From a virus (Duplodnaviria > Caudoviricetes), in IMG/VR virus record IMGVR_UViG_3300025858_000016, positions 30,010 to 94,009 of that record: a stretch of 64,000 bases of DNA, one strand, 5' to 3'. How positions within the stretch are numbered: the first letter of the stretch is position 1; each line of letters begins with the position of its first letter. A program made the translations under genes and the position numbers. The notes under the pieces are model-generated. The model was not told where the DNA came from. It was given only the letters and a program-made list of their open reading frames with translations, and did no database searches. Below, piece by piece: positions 1 through 11,235 of the stretch.

Positions 1-86
1 TTACAGATAATGCAGCATGGGCAGCCTTAACTACTTTAGCTAGATGTAGTTATAATAATGATGAAAGTAATGCAATTATCATATAA
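1..86 (+). CDS. 3' end of a gene truncated by the window edge (probably structural)
   Basis: Open frame from position 3 (TDNAAWAALTTLARCSYNNDESNAIII) to TAA at 84-86. Confidence 0.5.
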   Translation, partial: TDNAAWAALTTLARCSYNNDESNAIII

Positions 87-98
87 TTAAAATTTGTC

Positions 99-1958
99 AT
101 GCCTGAAATAAATGACTATACTAAAGTTGGTGGAGTTTTTGTAGACTCGGGTGATGGCGATATGGATTTTTATTCATATTGGTATTCTATTTGTTATTTA
201 GTTGGCATGCTTAATATTTATAGATATGTATTTAGAGATATTGATAATTATGATGAAATGGTTAGAAGATTTTTAAAATCAAGAGAAATTGCTTTTAGTA
301 ATGATTCAGATAGTTATTTGTTAGATTATTTGTATAAATACTGGAGAGAAGAAATAAGTAAACGAGGCACTAAACAAATTGATAATTATATTGGTAAATC
401 AGATGAAGTTGGATCAAATATGTATGAATTAACAGAAGATATAGAATCAGATATAGATAATAATAGTGGGATTGGTGTTATTGGTGGGGCTTGTTCATTA
501 GACACTTCTGTTTATTTAGGTTTTTTTCATTGTATAGAGTTTGATATTTTATTAAAAAATGGTGATACTTTATTAACTGTTGATGGCGATTTATTTTATA
601 GAACATTAAGTAGTTGTTTTATTCATATAAAGAAAGTAAGTGACCCAGACGAAAATAATATAGGAGTGTATAGTATTTCATATAATTGTTATACTAATGT
701 TTTAACATATAATGCATCATTAGATGTTACTATTGTTAATAATGTGAAGTTTATAAGAGTAGGCACTAATATTTATCTGTATATTAATGGTGAACTAATA
801 AGTAGTATAGTAGTTTCCACAGTTAATGCATATACGTTTATACACTTGTTTAATGGTTCATTACCTGTTTTAGCTAACCTTAGAGTTACTAAATATAATA
901 GTGATTATACTATTGATGATGTATATCAATGGAAATGTAATGAAGGAGGAGGATTTATATTAGATAGTAATAAAGCACCTTTATACCCCGGAGTAATGGG
1001 AGTAACTGTTGATGGTGTCTGGGATAGTAATTGGGTAAGAAATGTTGGATTTGATAATATTGATTATGTAAGAGTTGATGGAGAGATAAGAAGATTGATT
1101 AATCATATTGATGGTGAATGTTTAACCGAGTTGATAAAATCATCAGAATTAGGGTTAACTATTGATGTTAGCTCCCCTATTTCTCAGGAAGCAAGTTGCG
1201 TTAATTTAAACAAATCGTATGAAAAGGGAGTTGTAAATAGATTAAGTAGATATCCATTATTATGGACTAATAATATTAAGCCTATAATTAGTAATGGATA
1301 TATTCAATATTCTTTAGATTTTGAAAATCCTGGAGTATTTGGGTTAAATACTGTAGATGTTATGACTCTAGATTCTTATAAGCCAAATACTTTATTCCCA
1401 TTTTGTCCAATACCTATTGCTACAGACAGTGATGATATTTCCGGGTATGAAATTAGTTTTGTGATTAAAACAGATGCTAATATTAATTTACAGTTTGGTA
1501 TAAAGACATTAGATGTTGATTTCAATGAAGTTGATAAGACTAAGAAGTATAGTGATGATACAGCTTCTAATATGTTTATTGAAGACACTTTATTTTCATT
1601 GTGTAATGGTAGAGATTTATGGGTAAGAGGAGTATATTCATTGATAAAGTTACCAGATGTTGCTGATACGTTAAATATAAATATTGGCAGTAATTTGTAT
1701 AATGATTCTCAGAATGAAGTAAAATATTTGATGCCAGTAATTAATTTTTATTGTTCTGGTTTAGGAGCAGTTGTTAATATAAAAGATATTGTAGTCAGGC
1801 CATTGAGTTTGAATACTTCAAAAGGAATGATAGATAATAAAAATAAGATGATTTGTTTTTTAAAGAATAATTCAGGTATGTCAGATGAGTATATCAAAGA
1901 TTTCATTGATGATAAATTAATACCTTATAATTGTAATACCAATATTCAATTCATATAA
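99..1958 (+). CDS. putative baseplate/tail structural protein, possible LamG-like beta domain
   Basis: 619 aa; beta-rich segment VKFIRVGTNIYLYINGEL; context of structural-looking genes. Confidence 0.45.
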   Translation: MPEINDYTKVGGVFVDSGDGDMDFYSYWYSICYLVGMLNIYRYVFRDIDNYDEMVRRFLKSREIAFSNDSDSYLLDYLYKYWREEISKRGTKQIDNYIGKSDEVGSNMYELTEDIESDIDNNSGIGVIGGACSLDTSVYLGFFHCIEFDILLKNGDTLLTVDGDLFYRTLSSCFIHIKKVSDPDENNIGVYSISYNCYTNVLTYNASLDVTIVNNVKFIRVGTNIYLYINGELISSIVVSTVNAYTFIHLFNGSLPVLANLRVTKYNSDYTIDDVYQWKCNEGGGFILDSNKAPLYPGVMGVTVDGVWDSNWVRNVGFDNIDYVRVDGEIRRLINHIDGECLTELIKSSELGLTIDVSSPISQEASCVNLNKSYEKGVVNRLSRYPLLWTNNIKPIISNGYIQYSLDFENPGVFGLNTVDVMTLDSYKPNTLFPFCPIPIATDSDDISGYEISFVIKTDANINLQFGIKTLDVDFNEVDKTKKYSDDTASNMFIEDTLFSLCNGRDLWVRGVYSLIKLPDVADTLNINIGSNLYNDSQNEVKYLMPVINFYCSGLGAVVNIKDIVVRPLSLNTSKGMIDNKNKMICFLKNNSGMSDEYIKDFIDDKLIPYNCNTNIQFI

Positions 1959-1960
1959 AA

Positions 1961-3625
1961 ATGCAACAGACACCTAATTTCAATAGTAAACAGATAATTT
2001 CTAAAGAAGAATTAAGACTTTGGGATGAATCTTTGAGAGAGTTAGTTGGTAATGTATTACGATATAATCGTAATTCAGATTTAGTGGGAGGGTCTTTAGA
2101 TGCTTATGATACTAATACAAGTTCATTAATAAATGATTTTTTTAAAGTATCATTAGGATCTGTTCAAGTTGAGGGTTATAATACATTAAAGGTTGGAGTT
2201 GGACGTGGTGTTCTGTGTGTTGAAAATACAACAACAAAGAAAGTATCAGGGTTGGAGTATTATAATAACTCTCTTTCTAAGCAATTAGTGACATTGTTAA
2301 AATGGGAAGAGACTGATAATATCACAGTTGATGGTATAGAAACTTATGGTAGTGGAGATGAAGTTTATATGGGTCTCTCCCCTATTTGGGATCCATTAGA
2401 GGTTGGGTTGTGTAATATTTCTTCTTCTAACCAGGTTACTATAACTGGGGGAGATTTTACGAAATTAAGAGGACAATCTCTGAAGAATCCTACTAAAATA
2501 CGATTTTATACAGAACTTGGTGCAGCAGCTGTTAATAGTGAGACATATGAAGTAATATCAATTATAGATGATAATAATATTATTATTTCAGGTATAGTAA
2601 GTAATGAAACTAATGTAAAAATGTTGATTGTTGGGTCTTATGATTTAGATATTCAAGGCAGTTTGACAAATAAATTTTCATATGTTACTGCTAATGGGAA
2701 ATTAACGTTTACGGAGACAGCATCAGATATAACAGGGGCAGGTGGTTTTATTATTTGTAAATTAGTGTTTGGTTCAGGTGGGGCATTTACTGTAGTGGAT
2801 CTGAGAGGCGATTATTTGTTCAATTTTGCTTATTCACCTGATATAGTATATAAGAGTTTAGTTCAGACAATTACAGGTAAAAAGACTTTTTCAACAGCTG
2901 TGCCCTCGTTTGCTTCATTTTTAGAATATTATTTAGATTCTATATCAGCTGTTACTCCTATTACATTAACGAATGGGAATAATACTAGTAGTCTAGTTAT
3001 TCCTGATAGGAATGGATCATTGTTTTATATAACTGCTACTGGTGGATATGAATTAGTTAGTATTACTTGTACTAAATCAGTATTACCAGGGACTTCTTTG
3101 TTTTTAAAATTAGATGATAGTAGTGTCGATTTAACAATTGGAGTAAAAGTAAATTCTGATCCAGCTGTAGCTTGGTCTATAAAGACTAATGATTATGCTC
3201 TTAATTATGTAGTAGGGCCAAGAGTTGTGATAAAGAGTGGTAGTATTATACATTTAGTTTTAGATAAAGATAATGTTTGGAATTTAGTAAATATCAATTC
3301 AAGTTGGGTAGATTCTCCTTGGGTTCAAGTTGATAAGATGTATGATACTAATTCTGCTCTTATAAGTACTGCTACTAATAAGGTGTATTATAAATATGAT
3401 GTAAATAAATTAGTAATTAATATAGAACGCATTGCAATATCTGTAGCGGTACCTATTACTTTTGTAGTGCCATTTACATTTTCTCATAAAGTGGTAGATT
3501 TTCTACAATCTTATGATAGTATAGAGATGACTGGTAAGGTTACTATAGATATTAATGGGTTAGTAACGATTATGACCACAACTGGCATTGGGAATTGTTA
3601 TAAAACAGTAATTATATACTTCTAA
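1961..3625 (+). CDS. putative tail/baseplate or fibre-base protein
   Basis: 554 aa, T/S/G/V-rich; fibre-like QTITGKKTFS motif. Confidence 0.45.
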   Translation: MQQTPNFNSKQIISKEELRLWDESLRELVGNVLRYNRNSDLVGGSLDAYDTNTSSLINDFFKVSLGSVQVEGYNTLKVGVGRGVLCVENTTTKKVSGLEYYNNSLSKQLVTLLKWEETDNITVDGIETYGSGDEVYMGLSPIWDPLEVGLCNISSSNQVTITGGDFTKLRGQSLKNPTKIRFYTELGAAAVNSETYEVISIIDDNNIIISGIVSNETNVKMLIVGSYDLDIQGSLTNKFSYVTANGKLTFTETASDITGAGGFIICKLVFGSGGAFTVVDLRGDYLFNFAYSPDIVYKSLVQTITGKKTFSTAVPSFASFLEYYLDSISAVTPITLTNGNNTSSLVIPDRNGSLFYITATGGYELVSITCTKSVLPGTSLFLKLDDSSVDLTIGVKVNSDPAVAWSIKTNDYALNYVVGPRVVIKSGSIIHLVLDKDNVWNLVNINSSWVDSPWVQVDKMYDTNSALISTATNKVYYKYDVNKLVINIERIAISVAVPITFVVPFTFSHKVVDFLQSYDSIEMTGKVTIDINGLVTIMTTTGIGNCYKTVIIYF

Positions 3626-3628
3626 GAA

Positions 3629-4192
3629 ATGAAATTATACTATACTGTAGCATCAGCTCAGAATGATGTCCAATTTAAACCTGAACTAAGTTTAGGTGGA
3701 TATAAATCTGCTAATTTAGTTGAGAGTAATAGATTTGAAAATTTGTTTAGTGACATATCAATGTATACTGTTAAGAATAACAACAGTAATAAATATATTG
3801 GTCTAATTTTAGTTAATGAAGATTCTGTAGCACATTCAGATGTATATTTTTGGTTTAAATATCCAAGTTCTTGTTCTTCTAAATTTAGGGTAGCTATTGT
3901 CGATTTAGCTACTGATACAGACGGTATAGAATTTATGGAACATATTAGTAGTAATGAGAGTAAACCATTGTATGCAACATTTTATGAAGCTGATGGAGAA
4001 GATAATAAAATTAGTATAGGCAGTATAGCTTCAGGTGGTATGCTTGGTATTTGGTTTGAAAGAGAATTAAATTTAGATGCTATTAAGTTAGAACAAAATT
4101 CTATATATCAACAAGACTCTAGTGATCCATATCATTATAATGAGGTGGAACTTTCTAAAGAGGATATTATTGATATTAATTTTCAGTGGTAA
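3629..4192 (+). CDS. putative virion structural protein
   Basis: 187 aa, coupled to the upstream gene; SLGGYKS motif. Confidence 0.4.
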   Translation: MKLYYTVASAQNDVQFKPELSLGGYKSANLVESNRFENLFSDISMYTVKNNNSNKYIGLILVNEDSVAHSDVYFWFKYPSSCSSKFRVAIVDLATDTDGIEFMEHISSNESKPLYATFYEADGEDNKISIGSIASGGMLGIWFERELNLDAIKLEQNSIYQQDSSDPYHYNEVELSKEDIIDINFQW

Positions 4193-4269
4193 AAATATTT
4201 TTGGTTTTTTAAAGTTTATATTGATAAATTATATAATTTTATAAATTAAAATATAAAATTTATATTTAA

Positions 4270-4761
4270 ATGATAGATTTGGTTAAAGATATATTTAATA
4301 AAGTATACATGCAGATATATGGTTTTGAATATCATTTTAAGAATGATAAAGTTGAGAAATTAATAAAAGATTTTATAGATAAGATTAATATTAATGTTGG
4401 AGAACAGTGGTTGTTAGATTTTATTATTTTTCAGTTTTCATATTATGATGGTATGAAAACACGATTCGATAGGGTTTATTTGAATTGGATTTTTGGTGAT
4501 AAGGCAATTGAGAGATGGGAGAATAGGACAGAACAACAAGTTTATTTTGCTAATGAATTTAGAAGAAAATTAGGTATTAATAGAGAATTTGATAAATTAA
4601 ATATAAAAGAACATAATGAGAGAGAGAAATTAAGATTTACTGATATAAATGATAGATTATTATATTGTGATGAATTAAGTTTATTTAGCGATAGTTCTGA
4701 TATTTGTAAATGTTGTATTAATTACCAAATTTGTTATAATCATGTCAGACGGTTGTGTTAA
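4270..4761 (+). CDS. hypothetical protein with C-terminal Cys cluster
   Basis: ORF track; follows an AT-rich promoter-like gap. Confidence 0.6.
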   Translation: MIDLVKDIFNKVYMQIYGFEYHFKNDKVEKLIKDFIDKININVGEQWLLDFIIFQFSYYDGMKTRFDRVYLNWIFGDKAIERWENRTEQQVYFANEFRRKLGINREFDKLNIKEHNEREKLRFTDINDRLLYCDELSLFSDSSDICKCCINYQICYNHVRRLC

Positions 4762-5266
4762 ATGTGGTAGTTCTTATGTAACAAATAAGAAATACTGTTT
4801 ATGTGATAATTGTAATTTTATTAGATTACATGGTAAGAATAAGTTTGAATATGAATTAGATAAGCAAAGAAATAAAAGTATAGTAAAGAAAAAGAAATCA
4901 AGTGTTATTAGTAATTTGAAGCAAGAAAGAATTGATAAACGTAAAGAAGAACTCAGGTTGGATGAAGAAGTATATTATGAAGTTTTTTGCAGTCAACCAA
5001 ATAAGTGTGCAGAGTGTGAGACAGAATTGCCAGATATTTTTAGAGACAGTAATGGTTTTGTTATAGATAGATATCAGTATTCACATATATTGAGTAAGGG
5101 AGCATATCCAGAATTTAGAAGAAATAAGAAAAATTTTAATAGATTATGTCAAAGAGATCATACTAGGTGGGAAAGTGGTGATAGAGAGAATATGAAAATT
5201 TTTAAAATGAACCAAGAAATAATACAAGAATTATTTGATGAACAAATATCTAAAGGCAGCATCTGA
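4742..5266 (+). CDS. Zn-binding HNH-like nuclease
   Basis: CxxC pairs; CAEC...SHILSKGAYPEFR..KKNFNRLC..DH. Confidence 0.6.
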   Translation: MSDGCVKCGSSYVTNKKYCLCDNCNFIRLHGKNKFEYELDKQRNKSIVKKKKSSVISNLKQERIDKRKEELRLDEEVYYEVFCSQPNKCAECETELPDIFRDSNGFVIDRYQYSHILSKGAYPEFRRNKKNFNRLCQRDHTRWESGDRENMKIFKMNQEIIQELFDEQISKGSI

Positions 5267-5747
5267 TAGATACCCAGATGAAATCAAGGATAAACTCATC
5301 CATCCTATTTCTGATATAGATGGACAGATAGTTACTGAGATTATTGAGTTATTTAAGAAACTGAGATTTAAAGATGTGGTTGAAATATTGAATAATTATA
5401 AATATAAATCAGATGATGATATTGCTTTAGCCTTATTAGAAGTAAATACAAATATTACTAATAGTAAAGAGGGTGATAATAGTAATCCATTATTTCTTAG
5501 GTATTTAAATACTTGTGGTCGAAGATTAGATTTATTTTTATTGATCGGGTATGATTCTGTAGATTGGGTATCTGAAAAAGATGGTATAATCTATGTTATA
5601 AGATTGAACCCTACTCCAGATAATGCGAAACAAGTACCATTTTATGCTAACGAAATTTTAGAATATGATAATTTAGAAGATAGAGATAGTGTTCTTAAGA
5701 AATTAGATGATTATATGGAATTATATAGAGGGTTATTTTTAAGATAG
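5238..5747 (+). CDS. hypothetical protein
   Basis: ORF overlapping the upstream gene; ATG at 5238. Confidence 0.6.
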   Translation: MNKYLKAASDRYPDEIKDKLIHPISDIDGQIVTEIIELFKKLRFKDVVEILNNYKYKSDDDIALALLEVNTNITNSKEGDNSNPLFLRYLNTCGRRLDLFLLIGYDSVDWVSEKDGIIYVIRLNPTPDNAKQVPFYANEILEYDNLEDRDSVLKKLDDYMELYRGLFLR

Positions 5748-5778
5748 TATTTCGATTTATTTTTTATGTTTATGAAAA

Positions 5779-5982
5779 ATGTTAACAAACATAACACTTA
5801 CTTTTTTAGTAAGTTATCTTAATGAAAATTATAAGAAGAAGACTGGTAAAAAGTTTACTATTAGTGATGTTCAATCTTATATTAGACGTGGACATTTACC
5901 TAAATATTTAGGTGGTAATATAATTGTATTGAATAGCGAAATTAAATGTGTAAAACTATATAATCTTAAAAAGAATGGATAG
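5779..5982 (+). CDS. small putative DNA-binding protein
   Basis: Basic 67 aa; FTISDVQSYIRRGHLP is HTH-like. Confidence 0.45.
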   Translation: MLTNITLTFLVSYLNENYKKKTGKKFTISDVQSYIRRGHLPKYLGGNIIVLNSEIKCVKLYNLKKNG

Positions 5983-6625
5983 TCCATATCAAAATTTTAT
6001 TGTAATAGATGTAGAAACTGGGGGGCTCCCCAGTAAGATTAAGAAAGCAGTATTTGATATTGCTTTGACTGAAATAGCTTTAGTGGTTGTATCAAAAGAA
6101 TTAGAAATAATTGATCAGTATTCATGGTTGATTAAACCCTATAAAGAAGGTTTAGTATATTCACAAGAAGCAGCTGTTACATCTGGTATAACTAAAGAAA
6201 TGGTAGAAGAGCAAGGGGAAGATTTAAAAGAAGTCTGTATGAAAGTTATTGATGTATTTAAAAAATATAAAGTGGGAACTAAGTTACCAGTATTATTAGG
6301 ACATAATTTTATCAAATTTGACTCTGAATTTATGTTGAATATGTTTGAATTTTGTAAATTTGATTTGATGAAGTATGTTAACCCTGAACCTGAAGACACT
6401 ATTAAATGGTCACGATTGGCATGGGTAGAATCTGTTAATTATAAGTTAGGGACTTGTTGTGAGAATGCTAATATAACATTACAAGACGCACACAGAGCAT
6501 TAAGTGATACTATTGCTACTGCTAAATTATGGATTGAATTTATGAAGAGGTTGCGTGGTATGTCAACCAGTTGTAATGATCAGTCTGAAGTTAAAAATAC
6601 ATATAGAGTAAAATTTGAATTATAA
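5975..6625 (+). CDS. DEDDh 3'-5' exonuclease (Pol III epsilon-like)
   Basis: IDVETGG, GHN..KFD and HRALSD motifs. Confidence 0.9.
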   Translation: MDSPYQNFIVIDVETGGLPSKIKKAVFDIALTEIALVVVSKELEIIDQYSWLIKPYKEGLVYSQEAAVTSGITKEMVEEQGEDLKEVCMKVIDVFKKYKVGTKLPVLLGHNFIKFDSEFMLNMFEFCKFDLMKYVNPEPEDTIKWSRLAWVESVNYKLGTCCENANITLQDAHRALSDTIATAKLWIEFMKRLRGMSTSCNDQSEVKNTYRVKFEL

Positions 6626-8307
6626 TGTCATACTCATTATCGACTCACAAGAAAGCATTAACGAAATTACAGATACAAAATGTATATAGATATGTTGAAG
6701 AGATAATTAAGAATTTGCCTGATGTTGCTTTAAAGGAACTGTTAGAAGGTTATGATAATGATTTGAATAAATTGTTATCTGAATTGCTTGTTCAGACTAA
6801 TAATGTTATAAATAATAATGTTTCAAGTTTAGATTCTGAGAAATTAGAATATTTAGATTATTTTGAAAAGAGTTTAGATGATCAATATAAAATACTTTCA
6901 TATAATTATTTTAAATCAACATGTTTAACTAATTTTACTCAGAATTGGAGAAATTTAGAGTGGGGCAATTTAGTTCAACTTTACCCTTGGTCTGGGTATC
7001 TATGCCAACGTGGTAGTGGTAAAAGTTTTGAATTTACATATGCATTTCCACTTTGGAGGTTATATTCGTATAGAAGGCCTCATCCACTTATCCCAGATAC
7101 TAAAGATAATTTGTTAAGAAAAGAGACTTGTTTAATCACAAATGAGTCAAGATTAGGTAATTTACATATTAGTAAAATTGTAGAGGAGATAAAGATAAAT
7201 GATGTATTAGGAGAGAAGATTAATCCAACTGGTGGAGCTAATTTAGGCAAAGAGGGTATTACTTCAGAAGCTGGTGCAATTTTACATAAAAGATCATATG
7301 GATCATTTATACGTGGTCTTCATGTGGGTAGTTCTATTACAGACGATTTTTTAGATAAAAGTTGTTTGTATTCTAAAGATCAAAGAGGTAAGTTTCACGA
7401 AGTATTTTATGCTGAAATAAAGTCAATTGTTGAACAAGGTGGATATAATTTAGTATCTGGTACCCCTTTTCATCAGCAAGATTTATATGGTGATTTGATG
7501 AAAGATCAAATGTTTAAAGTGTTCACATACCCAGGCATACTTCCTAATAAAGAATTGTTAGCTCCTGATAGATTTACATATGATTATTTGATGGAGTTGA
7601 AAAAGTCATTAGGGACTATAGTATTTGCTAGAGAGATTTTAGTATCCCCTATTTCAGATTCTTCTTCTTTGTTTCCATATGAATATCTTATGAGATCAGT
7701 TATAGGTATGGAGAATATAGGGTATGTTGATAATATTGAATCATTCCCGATCAAATTAGAAAGAGTTGTTGTTGGTTGTGACTTTGCTATTTCTGGAGCA
7801 ATAGGAGCAGATTATACTGTATATACTGTATGGGGTCGAGATAAGTTTAAGAATTTATATTTACTACATATTTGGCGTAAGCAAGGTGCATCTCATGATG
7901 AACAAATTAATCAAATAGTAAGTTTGGATCAAAGATTCAAACCTAATAAAGTAGTTTGTGAAGATAATGGATTTCAAGGGATATTAAGTGATATGGCTAG
8001 AGCCAGAGGACTTAAGAATATAGAAGGATTTACTACTACTTCAGGTATTAAAAAGGATTTATATAATGGATTACCAGCTATGAGTGCAATGTTTGAGAGA
8101 GGCCAATTAAAATTGCCGTTTAGAGATGATGAAGATACAAGAAATACAACTAATTTGATTTTTGGGGAGTTTAATTCAATAACTTTTAATGAAGACACAG
8201 GAAAATTAGAATCTAGTGATCAACATGATGATATACCAATGTCTTCATTTATGGCAGTAAATGAATTAAGAGAAAAAGATTTACGGTTTGAATCTTTCTG
8301 GGTATAA
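6625..8307 (+). CDS. terminase large subunit
   Basis: Walker A QRGSGKS, IRGLH..ITDD, GTPFH, nuclease VVGCDFA and C-terminal HDDIPMS. Confidence 0.88.
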   Translation: MSYSLSTHKKALTKLQIQNVYRYVEEIIKNLPDVALKELLEGYDNDLNKLLSELLVQTNNVINNNVSSLDSEKLEYLDYFEKSLDDQYKILSYNYFKSTCLTNFTQNWRNLEWGNLVQLYPWSGYLCQRGSGKSFEFTYAFPLWRLYSYRRPHPLIPDTKDNLLRKETCLITNESRLGNLHISKIVEEIKINDVLGEKINPTGGANLGKEGITSEAGAILHKRSYGSFIRGLHVGSSITDDFLDKSCLYSKDQRGKFHEVFYAEIKSIVEQGGYNLVSGTPFHQQDLYGDLMKDQMFKVFTYPGILPNKELLAPDRFTYDYLMELKKSLGTIVFAREILVSPISDSSSLFPYEYLMRSVIGMENIGYVDNIESFPIKLERVVVGCDFAISGAIGADYTVYTVWGRDKFKNLYLLHIWRKQGASHDEQINQIVSLDQRFKPNKVVCEDNGFQGILSDMARARGLKNIEGFTTTSGIKKDLYNGLPAMSAMFERGQLKLPFRDDEDTRNTTNLIFGEFNSITFNEDTGKLESSDQHDDIPMSSFMAVNELREKDLRFESFWV

Positions 8308-8344
8308 AGAGATTTATTATTTTATAACTTAAAATTTCGTAACA

Positions 8345-9721
8345 ATGGCTAATGAAGTTCTTAGTACTAAATTCATAGAAGAGATATTCCGTTTGTGTTT
8401 TTTAAAGAAGAGTATTGTAGAGAGATTACAGGAGAATTTGAAGTATCAATATTTACCTACCCCAGAATTAAAACAGATATACAAAGATATAATTAATCAT
8501 TTTAAATTAACTGGGAAATTACCGACTTTTGGAGTAATTTATGAAAAGAATAAAAATGATGATAAGGTATTATTTGAATTAAATAAGATAAAAGATTGTG
8601 ATATTGTAGATCCAGAACCTGTACTTCACCAATTAGAAAATTATATTAAAGATATAAGATTTCAGTTATTATGGGATGATGTCATAGAAATTCATAAGAG
8701 TGGGGATAGAAAGAGAGCTATTGAAGTTATGTCTAAGAATAGTGTTGAGATAGCAGAGTTTTCAATTTTTAAGGGGTCAAGTAAATTTTTATATGTTTTT
8801 AATGATTTTCAACGTGTTCAATTAGAAAAGGCCATTAATAAAGAAGAGAAGATAGATAGAACAAAAATACCATTTGGTATTTTACCTTTAGACACTTTAT
8901 CAGAGGGAGGTATAGATAGGAAAGATACAGTTCTTTGGATAATGAGATCAGGAGTAGGTAAGTCAACAGTATTAAAATGGCATGGGATGTATGCTTGTAG
9001 ATTAGGGTATGATGTATTACATATTCAATTGGAAGGTAGTGAAGATGAAGCGTATGATAAGTATACACAGGTATGGTCTGCTGTCAATTATAGTAAAGTT
9101 AAGAATGGTAATATAGAAGGCGATGAGTATGACAAATTACTTTCTATAGCTCAACAGATGGTAGTTAATAGACAAGATATTGCAATACGTTCTTTTGAAC
9201 AATTTGATGAGGCTTCAATGTTAGATGTTAGAGACAGTATTATAGAATATAATAAAGAAAAGGGGAAGTTTCCAGATATATTAATTCTAGATAGTATAGA
9301 TTTATGTCATCCCGGAGATGGGTTACATTATGGTGTAGATACCCAGTCAATCAAAATGAAATTGAATAATGCTTCAAGAAAATTTAAGAATTTGTGTAAT
9401 GAGTTTGATATGCGGGGGATTACGGCGACCCAAACATCTGATGTCCCTATTATGATATGGAATGACCCAGATAAGGTTATTACACGTTCAGACTCTATGG
9501 GAGATAAAAATATTGCTAATTCTTATAGTTTTGTTTTAACGGGGAACCAAACAATAGATGAAGAAAAAAGAAGAGTAATGAGAATTTTTTGTGATAAATT
9601 TAGATATTATAGTCCTTCAGAAAGAACCTATCCTATTGCTACTAACTACAGTTTAGGGAGGTTTTATGATAATACTAGAACATTAAAGATTTACAAAGAT
9701 ATATATAATAAAGATGAATAA
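8345..9721 (+). CDS. DnaB-like replicative helicase
   Basis: SGVGKST, HIQLEG, LILDSID, TATQ motifs. Confidence 0.85.
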   Translation: MANEVLSTKFIEEIFRLCFLKKSIVERLQENLKYQYLPTPELKQIYKDIINHFKLTGKLPTFGVIYEKNKNDDKVLFELNKIKDCDIVDPEPVLHQLENYIKDIRFQLLWDDVIEIHKSGDRKRAIEVMSKNSVEIAEFSIFKGSSKFLYVFNDFQRVQLEKAINKEEKIDRTKIPFGILPLDTLSEGGIDRKDTVLWIMRSGVGKSTVLKWHGMYACRLGYDVLHIQLEGSEDEAYDKYTQVWSAVNYSKVKNGNIEGDEYDKLLSIAQQMVVNRQDIAIRSFEQFDEASMLDVRDSIIEYNKEKGKFPDILILDSIDLCHPGDGLHYGVDTQSIKMKLNNASRKFKNLCNEFDMRGITATQTSDVPIMIWNDPDKVITRSDSMGDKNIANSYSFVLTGNQTIDEEKRRVMRIFCDKFRYYSPSERTYPIATNYSLGRFYDNTRTLKIYKDIYNKDE

Positions 9722-10679
9722 AAGTAAGATAATATCAGAGTTTAATTTAAAGAAGTTTGGTCAAAAAGGGTGGCTTAGAGGTAATTTATTTTGTCCAGAA
9801 TGTGGACGTAATGACAAATTTGGTGTTTTATTTACTGATAATAGTGCTGTTTGTAAGTGTTTTTATTGTTCTAAATCTTATTCATTATTTTCAGTATTAA
9901 AGAGTGTAAGTAGGTTAGATTTATTGGATAAGGAATATTATTATGAAGAAGAAAAAACATTGCCTACGCTATCTAAAACGGTTAATGAAGTAAATAAAGA
10001 AGTTGAATTACCATTATGTTTAATAGATATTAATTATGATGATTATCTTAATGATAGAGGGTTTTTAGATTATCAATATAGAAAATTTAATGTGTGTAAG
10101 TCTGATGTAGACCCTAGAGTAGATAATATGATAGTATTTAAGATATTTCAAAATGGGGTTTTAAGTGGTTGGATAGCTAGATCAAGAAATAGTAAGGAAT
10201 GGCATCATGAAAATTTAAGAAGACATAAAGAGTTAGGTGAACCACTTGTTTTAAGGTATAGAAACTCGAACAATGATTTTTCGAAAATGCTTGGAGGGTT
10301 AGATGAAATAAATGATAAGACACATACATTAATACTAGTAGAAGGGTTATTTGATAAGGCTAATGTAGATAGGTTGTTGAGATTGGATGACATTGATGAT
10401 ATAAAGTGTTGTTTTACATTTGGGAGTAGCTTATCAATTGATCAAATTAATTTAATTCCTTCAACTATAAAAAGAGTTATTTTGATGTATGATTTGGGAA
10501 CTATAGATAGTATGAAGGATGCTGGTAGTAAATTATTAACAATGTTTGAAGTAGATGTGGCATTATTATCAGATGAAAATATTGACCCTGGGAATATGAG
10601 TTTTGAATATTTATGTTATTTGTTAAAGAATCTTAAGAATTTTATGCAATTTTTTTTACAATTAAAATCTTATAAATAA
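9714..10679 (+). CDS. DNA primase (Zn finger + TOPRIM)
   Basis: CPEC...CFYC; ILVEGLFD; LMYD; DPG. Confidence 0.85.
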   Translation: MNKSKIISEFNLKKFGQKGWLRGNLFCPECGRNDKFGVLFTDNSAVCKCFYCSKSYSLFSVLKSVSRLDLLDKEYYYEEEKTLPTLSKTVNEVNKEVELPLCLIDINYDDYLNDRGFLDYQYRKFNVCKSDVDPRVDNMIVFKIFQNGVLSGWIARSRNSKEWHHENLRRHKELGEPLVLRYRNSNNDFSKMLGGLDEINDKTHTLILVEGLFDKANVDRLLRLDDIDDIKCCFTFGSSLSIDQINLIPSTIKRVILMYDLGTIDSMKDAGSKLLTMFEVDVALLSDENIDPGNMSFEYLCYLLKNLKNFMQFFLQLKSYK

Positions 10680-11173
10680 TGACTTCTCAAGTAACTAAAT
10701 CTCGTAATTTGCCACTTACAGAGTATTACTCTATACTCCAGATGGAGTATATCTCCTATTATGTCAGATCAGTTATTTATCCTGGTAAGTATTCAGAGAA
10801 GTATAAACAATATTGTGTTCTTAAGAAAGAAAAGATTGATAAAATTGGTAGTAAAAATAATTTGCCATCCATATTTAATAATACATCTGTAAGAGAGAGT
10901 TATATTAATAAATTTTTTAACCCGTATGGATTACCTAATTTTGAGTATAGAGATGAAGAATCAATCAGAATGATGGGACGATGGGACAAGAATTATTGGT
11001 TTTCAGAGGGTACAAGTATACAAATAAGAGATAATGGTGGTATGGTGTGTACTAAGATAATTAAGAATCTTGGTAATGATAATTGTGTAGTAGCTGAGAT
11101 TAATGGTTTTACACGTAGATTTAGTTATGAATTCATTTCGAGAATTTTAACTGATAAATTGATAAATTTTTAA
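10679..11173 (+). CDS. hypothetical protein
   Basis: 164 aa ORF coupled to the primase. Confidence 0.6.
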   Translation: MTSQVTKSRNLPLTEYYSILQMEYISYYVRSVIYPGKYSEKYKQYCVLKKEKIDKIGSKNNLPSIFNNTSVRESYINKFFNPYGLPNFEYRDEESIRMMGRWDKNYWFSEGTSIQIRDNGGMVCTKIIKNLGNDNCVVAEINGFTRRFSYEFISRILTDKLINF

Positions 11174-11235
11174 TATAGATTTTATATTAGAATTGAAAAT
11201 TATTTATTAATTTTAAAACTTCAAATTAAGAAACT

